Made by a program: the position numbers and the translations under genes
The notes under the pieces: generated by a model
Told to the model about the DNA's origin: nothing
The model's input: only the letters and a program-made list of their open reading frames with translations
The model's database searches: none
In this document: positions 57,695 through 64,000 of the stretch, piece after piece
Layout of the letters: every line of letters starts with the position of its first letter
Position numbering within the stretch: the first letter of the stretch is position 1
Assembly (NCBI RefSeq): GCF_000981445.1
Contig: NC_027217.1
Coordinates: forward strand, 992,001 to 1,056,000
DNA: 64,000 nt
Direction of reading: 5' to 3'
From: Babesia bigemina
Lineage: Eukaryota

Positions 57695-57783
57695 CGCCGT
57701 GCCAAGTGTGCTGGCTACGGCGACTCCGCGTTAGCCCCTACTTCGGCTGCATAATTGAATGTCTACATAACTCCGGCGACAAG

Positions 57784-58596
57784 ATGATGTTCATTATCGA
57801 TTGGTGAGTTATCTTGCGATGGTGTACTGATTAGTGTTGCTTGTGCCTGGCAGCCGGGTGCCGTGTCTACGCGGTGTAGTAGCAGTGTGTCCTCACTTGC
57901 CGGGCGATGTGTGCTACTTGGGCGACGCCATCCCCGCTGCTATTTCCTTTGCGTTATGTTGCAAGTGGAATTTGTGAATTTTTGGTCCATGAGCCCTGTA
58001 ATTCTATGTGCTAACGTTTGCACAGGATCAAAAAAGCGCTTATCTCCTTCGGGTGGCTCAACAAGGAGGGCAAGATCGTGTTCCTCGGTCTTGACAACGC
58101 CGGCAAGACGACGCTGCTCCGCATGCTCAAGGACAACCGCCTGGCGTGCCACACTCCCACCGTGCACCCGCACAGTGAGCAGCTGACCCTCGGCAAGGTC
58201 AACGTCACTGCCTTCGACCTTGGAGGCCACGAAACTGCACGCCGTGTATGGAAACAGTACTGTGGCAACGTCGATGCCGTGTGCTTCCTCATCGACGCCT
58301 CTGACCGCACTCGTTTCCAGGAATCCGCCGAGGAGCTTCGCGCGCTGATCAACCAGGAAGAGCTCTACCACAAACCCTTCGTAATCCTCGGTAACAAGAT
58401 TGACAAGCCTTCTGCCGCTTCCGAGGAGGAACTCAGGTCGCATTTGGGTCTGCTCGCTGGCGATACCTACGGCAAGGACTGTGGTCCCGGCCGCTGCGTC
58501 CGCCCCATTGAGGTCTTTATGTGCAGCATCCTGCGCAAGCAGGGCTACGGTGAGGCCTTCAAGTGGCTCGCCCCGTTCTTGCAGGATGCCAAGTAA
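57784..58596 (+). CDS. SAR1: Small GTPase Sar1 (COPII)
   Basis: Exon 1 MMFIIDW, intron 57804-58025, then [25 protein letters not shown] and [20 protein letters not shown]. Confidence 0.97.
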
Positions 58597-58974
58597 GTCT
58601 TCGGGGACTTACACACAGCTGGTAACTCCTGCCGACGTACGTCAGGGATAGTGCTTGTTGCGGGGTGCTTATAATCGGTACTCACACCACCCGTACGTGG
58701 CGTGGTGAAATGTGTTGCGCACCCCGCTCAGCGTGGGACTATTTTAATGCCATCGACGGAGCTTTTGTACGCTATTGCAATTGCCCGTCTGCTTAATTTG
58801 ATATAAAATGCTTCATTTGCGGATGCGGCATCTGGCAACAGTTTGCATGGCGTATTTCAGTATGGGTGCAAATTGTTGATGCGGTATTGTGTTAAATGTC
58901 GGTCCGCCGACGTCGCATTTAGAGCTCAAAGCGGATGCCTTCTTCTGGATACCACCCGCTGAGCTCCGACAAGC

Positions 58975-61900
58975 TCAGTTCCTGCTCTGTAAAAGCAGCT
59001 GCTGCACAAGATGGTCGCGTTCCATTTGGCTCCGCCGGAGCAGCTCCACTTGGTTGGACTGTTTGTGGAATCGCGTTATCCCCGCACCCATGGTTCCACC
59101 TCCTGTGTCGGCCGAAGTTCTCCAACTCCCTAGCAGCTGTTCTATCCGCTCATTTTTGTCATCTGTGTGCTCTTCACGGAGCTTTATGGCGATTAGATGC
59201 CCCACGCCGCAGAAACGGTGGTGCACGCCATCGTCTTCGTTAGGCGGCTCTGGAGGCACGTCGCTTGCACCGTTTATCTCGGGTAGCACCGGCGAGTGAA
59301 ACAGCACCGTGTTGGCGATTTCCCTGGCGTGAATGATCCCATCGGCTTCTACGCCAATGCTTTGCTTAGACACACTGGCTGCCGCACGGGAAAGGCAGTC
59401 CTCCATGGTGCTACACCCACCTTTATTGGATTGCGACGCCTCCTGCACATCGTGCAGTGGTTCTACAGTGACTTCCCCATCTTCGTTAACCTTCAACGCC
59501 TTTATATAAGATGACAAGATTTCGCAGCCGTGATCGGCGTTTGTAGACGTGAAGCAATGACACGGGGGTGTGGGGTCCAAATATTTGTTGTTTACATTTA
59601 CAGCGTCGTATTCGAAATCGATCTTCATGTCGTTGCAGTCCCAGACATTCGTCGCCAGATGCTCTAGGTGAGTGCGAGACCCTATGTGATCCTCGAAGTC
59701 CTGACTGCCGCAAATGAGAACACGCATCTCTACACTTACAGTGACATGATGTCATGCTTTCGCAAGCCTGACGCTGCGCCTATTTGTTGCTTGGTGAGCC
59801 ACTGCAGCAGCGATCGCGAGTCGAAAGTGTTTTCACCGCACGAGAGTGGTAGATGGTCAGTTTCCTGCATTTCGACGAACCTTTTGCTTAAGCCCAGCAC
59901 CGCTATTGGTATGGGCGGTGTTTTGACTTCTGAGGTGTTGGGATGTAAAACTATCCACCTAACTTCGTCCGTGATGAACTCCCTCGGGAGCTTCACTGAC
60001 CCTTGAATCCTCCTGACGTACCTGAACAGCTCACCCCCCTTGGAGGTCGTCTTCGCTGCGTTATTCGAGCGGCTTGCCACGGGGCACCTAACCTGCCGCC
60101 GCATCTGAAGGTCCATTGCGAATATGGACCCACTGGTGGTGCAGGCGAACAGCAGCTTTTCATTGCCACACCAGACCACGGCGACACCGCAGTAACCGTG
60201 GAAAATCGACACCGCGACTTCATGCTGCGGCGCCTTGAAAATCATGTTAGGATAATCCTCCGGAGATTCGATCAGCGGGCCTACCGAGTCCATGTTTGCC
60301 TCCAGGTCCCCTTTACTAACGCGCATGACCTGCATCGGTCTCACTCCTATCAGCGTGAGCTCAAGATCATTAGCGAACACTTTGCCGCTGGCGAAGTCAC
60401 TGAGCAGTCGGCTGTCGGCCAGCGCAGAGTCCTCATTATCAGCGGCGCCATCATCAGGCGCTTCGTTTTGCTGCAGATCGTCCTCTTCCTCATACCGATG
60501 TATAGGCATGCCATACATATAATAATGCATGTTCTGGGGTACCGGTTTCTGTTTTGGCACTGGGCCCACTCTGGCGATTCGCGGGGGCCTTCCCGCTTCT
60601 GCCTTTGCCAACTTACAGGGCCTCACCCCGCGCAACCTATCCAGCTGTTTCTGCTTCACCGGATCGTATAGGTCCATCCAACCGTTCCAGAACTGGCGCT
60701 CCTTTGCGGGGCCCGTGTCCTGCACGAATCGGGTGATGGTGCGGTTAATGCGGAATCTGCAGGTAATTGGGTGGCGCTGTCGCCAGCTAAACGCAACTAG
60801 CGTGGACTCTCCGTTACTCTCTTCGCTTGCTGACCATATTAGCTCCCTGAACCGGGCACCCAAGTATTCCGCTGCCGGTAGCGGTATTTCCAAGACCGGC
60901 TTGATCGGCACTCGGAGGTCCCAGATATAAATAGCGTTGCTCCTGCCGCAGACGCACGCCATGATGTGGCGATAGACCGGGTGCACGGCAATCGCTGTAA
61001 AAGCGTCCCAAAAGCTGGGCTTTGCGTTTCTCCAGTAGTTGGAGCCAGCACAACTGGCGCCTGCCAGGCTGCGGTTCGCCGTGGTAGTGGGTTCGTAGAG
61101 GCGTTCAGTCCACCTGGTTGAAGTAACCCTGATTTCCTTGTTGGGCTTGACCAGCAGCTCCTCGATCTTATCAGTGCGCATATCCAGGATGTACAGGTGA
61201 TCCCCACCTAGGATAAGTTCGTTCATGTTCATCCCAAAAGCCACTGTGTGCACGACGTCAGTCACCGTTTGCCCTTCACATGTAGGCAACTGTAAGGTTA
61301 GGTGCTTGCGTTCCTTGCTCTGCGACGCGTCGTAGAGCAGAAGCGTGTTGCTGGCGAGCATGGCGCATTCCGACGGGATGAACGGGTTGGGGTGCATGAA
61401 GTACACCTTGTCCCGGTCGCCGTATTGTTGGTTGTTCAGCGTATCCACACGCCAGTCACGGCCCTCTTCGATGCACCTGCCTACATAAAATCCGTTGAAG
61501 CTGCGTGCGTATATTATGTTGGCACTTGCCCTCAGCTCCAGGATGTGGCTATCCCTGGATGAGACATTTTTCCAGCTGCGATAAAGGTGATGTGGGTATG
61601 GCCTCTCCGTGTCGCCGGTCACTGTGGGCTCTGTATCTACGTACGGAGTGAAATAGCCATTTGAGAAGTCGTAGGCCGCCTCAAACATGCCTCGCTGCGG
61701 GTTCACGTGCCTCTCGAAGGGCATCTTGATGCGCCAGCTCGGCTCTTGACTTGTTTGTTGGTGGCCTTCGTCACCTGATGAATCGCCGTCCGATTCGCTG
61801 CTGTCGCTGTTGGAGCCTTCGCTCTCTGCGTCTGAGGCTTCCGCATTGACTTCTCTGTACTTCGCCCTCCGTTTTGGGTAGAAGATACCTGAAGGGTAGA

Positions 61901-62507
61901 CTTTGAAACGCACATTTGTTTCCAGCTCGATGGATCCTTCTGCACTCCTTGCCATCACTTCAACCGCCTCGATGCCGCCGTTGGCTGCGCCCGTGGGCTT
62001 GAGCAGCATCACCCGTTTGCGCCCCCAGGTGTACATGGGCGCCATTCCGTTGACAATCTCACACTGCATGAGATCGTAGAAGCTGCTGTGGTTCAGTTCG
62101 TTGAAGTTGAGGTGGCTGCGCTCCTGGTTGAGGTAGAACGTCGATTCATAGGGCATGCAGTAGAGTCCGTTTCGGCACAGCCCCGACGAGCCGTGGAACG
62201 CCGCGACCCGAGCAGACACGCTGGAATTCCCGACATGTGCGATGGCGGCGAGGTCGCGATGTGCTGATTGGGCGTCGTTGTCACCTCTGGGATCGTCGTA
62301 CGTCACGCTCACTGTCAGAGGGTCCGGCTCGAGCACATAACGAAGGAACCAGTCCCGGACGCGTTCTGGGTCATTTGTGCCACCACTGCGCGATACATCT
62401 TCGAGCAAGACGTGTCTGTAGAAGCTGCTGGCCGACGAGAGCGCCCAGGTCGGCATCTTCCACACGACAGCGCCGTGCCGAGATTCCTCAAGAGAGTTGT
62501 CGGTCAC
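58975..62507 (-). CDS. Large WD40-like protein with TAF1C/Rrn6-like motifs, 2 exons
   Basis: ORFs 59736-62507 and 58975-59727 join through a 35-nt intron (59705-59739). Beta-propeller-type segments HPNPFIPSECAMLASNTLLLYD, VAFGMNMNELILGGDHLYILDMR and AIYIWDLRVPIKPVLEI. The confidence refers to the gene; the product is tentative. Confidence 0.75.
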
Positions 62508-62721
62508 ATGTCTCGATGTGTTTTCTTGTGCCGCAGCAAATGAGTAATAATTACATCATTATACAATGTGTGTGGCTAATTACGCGTTTTGCGCTCAACA
62601 AATGTTCGATGGGCGTGGGCCACGCCCTGTGAGATCCTCGGTCTTTTCCAGACCGGTGTGTTGCGATCGACAATACAGCTACGTTGCAGGCGGTGTGCGA
62701 CGCAGCGTGCTTACAACGTGA

Positions 62722-63477
62722 CTACGCCATGGTCTCCGGAACCTCGAAGTCGGAGAGGCAGTCCCCCTCGTTGCATGAGGATACGGTCTCCTGATAGCAC
62801 GGCGTGGTGAATGACTGTTCGTCCTGCATCCGCTGAACTGAGTCGCACTTGCCGGTGGTGACGCAGCACAGAAACAGCACCAGCTGCTGGCGCTTGTCGA
62901 GCAGGAAGTAGTTGAAGCTCTGCAAGCAGCTACCCTCGTTGAAAGGCCCGTCCTCGCCGCAGTAATCGTACGTGTATATATCTACCTCCTTGAGCGGCAC
63001 GATGTCCTGCGCGGTATTTGAAGCGTCGGCGTCGTGGTGGCATGCAGTGCGCCACTTTGGCGCAGCCCACGTACCTTTATAACGTCCCAGAAATCCTTCG
63101 CGAAACCCGGCACGAAGCGCTCCACTATGAACGACAGGTTGTAGTCGATGTTGTTGATGACCGCCGGTAGGTTCTTCAACTGCTTGAAGTGCTTTGTGCC
63201 CAGGTGGCTGCGAAGGTTTGAGAGCGGAAGGCAGCGAACGTACCTGAAGCTGTAGTCGGGGAAGCAGTGGTTCATGATGTACGAGAAGTGTTCGGCGTGC
63301 GGATGCTGCCGCCCGGCTGCTTCCGACTTCCTGCAAGCGTTAAATTGCCGTCACACACACCCACTTTGCAGGGAACGCCAGGAGCTCCAGCTTTACATCA
63401 AACACTCGATCGGACGCGTCGAAGCGGTCCAGCAACGCGGTGAGCCTGCTGAGATCGCTGTTTTCGACAAGCGTCAT
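62722..63477 (-). CDS. MAF1: RNA polymerase III repressor MAF1, 4 exons
   Basis: Spliced MTLVENSDLSRLTALL...YIMNHCFPDYSFS...VINNIDYNL...FWDVIK/DIVPLKEVDIYTY....DGPF.E...LQSFNYFLLDKRQQLVLF (Maf1 PDYDFS and WSFNYFFYNK-like boxes). Confidence 0.88.
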
Positions 63478-63905
63478 CGCGCGCTATTATACAGGCCGGC
63501 TGTGAAGCGGTTTTAGGTCAACGGCGTAACGTAACACCGGGTTGTAGAAGTTGCTGCACTAAAGACGGCTTTAGCTGCCTAAAAAGAACACGTTTTTCAC
63601 ATTAAAGCGCAACTTCGTGGCGTTCATCTTGAATTCGCTAGCGTGGAGACAATTGTGAGACTGGCATGGAGCGCATAATGTGTGTCCATGAAGGGCGCCA
63701 CGCACATTCGGGCGACCTCCCCGCATCAATCTATCAACCCGAAGGAATGTCTTCGGTACTCAGGACACTGTAGGAAGGTCTAAAACTCGACAACATCCCT
63801 GCCAGGGTGGCGACGCGCGTGCGCGCCGGGATGGCTACTTTATCGGCGTGGACACTCTGCGGTCTGCCGACAATCGATACCGCCGTGTAGATAGCCGCCT
63901 ATAAC

Positions 63906-64000
63906 ATGTTAGTCTTACCGTTGGCTTTGCGTCGCCGCGGGCTTCCGCTGTCTAGGCGATGGTTTACAAAACTGTCTGATTCGTCCGAACTCCGTCACGG
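63906..64000 (+). CDS. Possible 5' end of a mitochondrion-targeted protein (runs off the window)
   Basis: MLVLPLALRRRGLPLSRRWFTKLSDSSELRH is open to the window end and resembles an Arg-rich presequence. Confidence 0.35.
   Translation, partial: MLVLPLALRRRGLPLSRRWFTKLSDSSELRH

Overview
This is eukaryotic nuclear DNA from a piroplasmid apicomplexan. It is most likely Babesia of the B. bigemina/B. ovata type, judged from the HSP20, alveolin and CPW-WPC proteins, the apicoplast-targeted bacterial-type genes and the many 33-37 nt GT-AG introns. All protein identities are by motif recognition only; no database search was run. Most of the window is a dense housekeeping block: TRAPPC2L, HSP20, apicoplast ClpP, a LamG-domain secreted protein, Snu114/EFTUD2, MKT1, Got1, apicoplast RbfA and RbgA, a tandem-BRCT protein, NAA10, RPS20, IMC1c, RanBP1, SF3B3, a CPW-WPC protein, CSE1, SAR1, a WD40 protein with TAF1C/Rrn6-like motifs and MAF1. 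A gene-poor accessory island at about 34.4-42.9 kb interrupts it. The island holds a decayed non-LTR retrotransposon fragment with a restriction-like (PD-(D/E)xK) endonuclease domain, a canonical G-quadruplex motif, a frameshifted Cys-rich membrane-protein gene, an MFS transporter, and a collapsed pseudogene of a secreted Cys-domain family. A second, about 79% identical copy of the retroelement 3' end lies at 435-580. This points to a dispersed RLE-type retroelement family in a lineage generally regarded as poor in mobile elements, and it is the most striking signal in the window. Other candidates are a possible RNA polymerase I core-factor subunit, a stop/start overlap (ATGAGTAG) between two same-strand genes, and a four-way-junction RNA fold right behind a stop codon.
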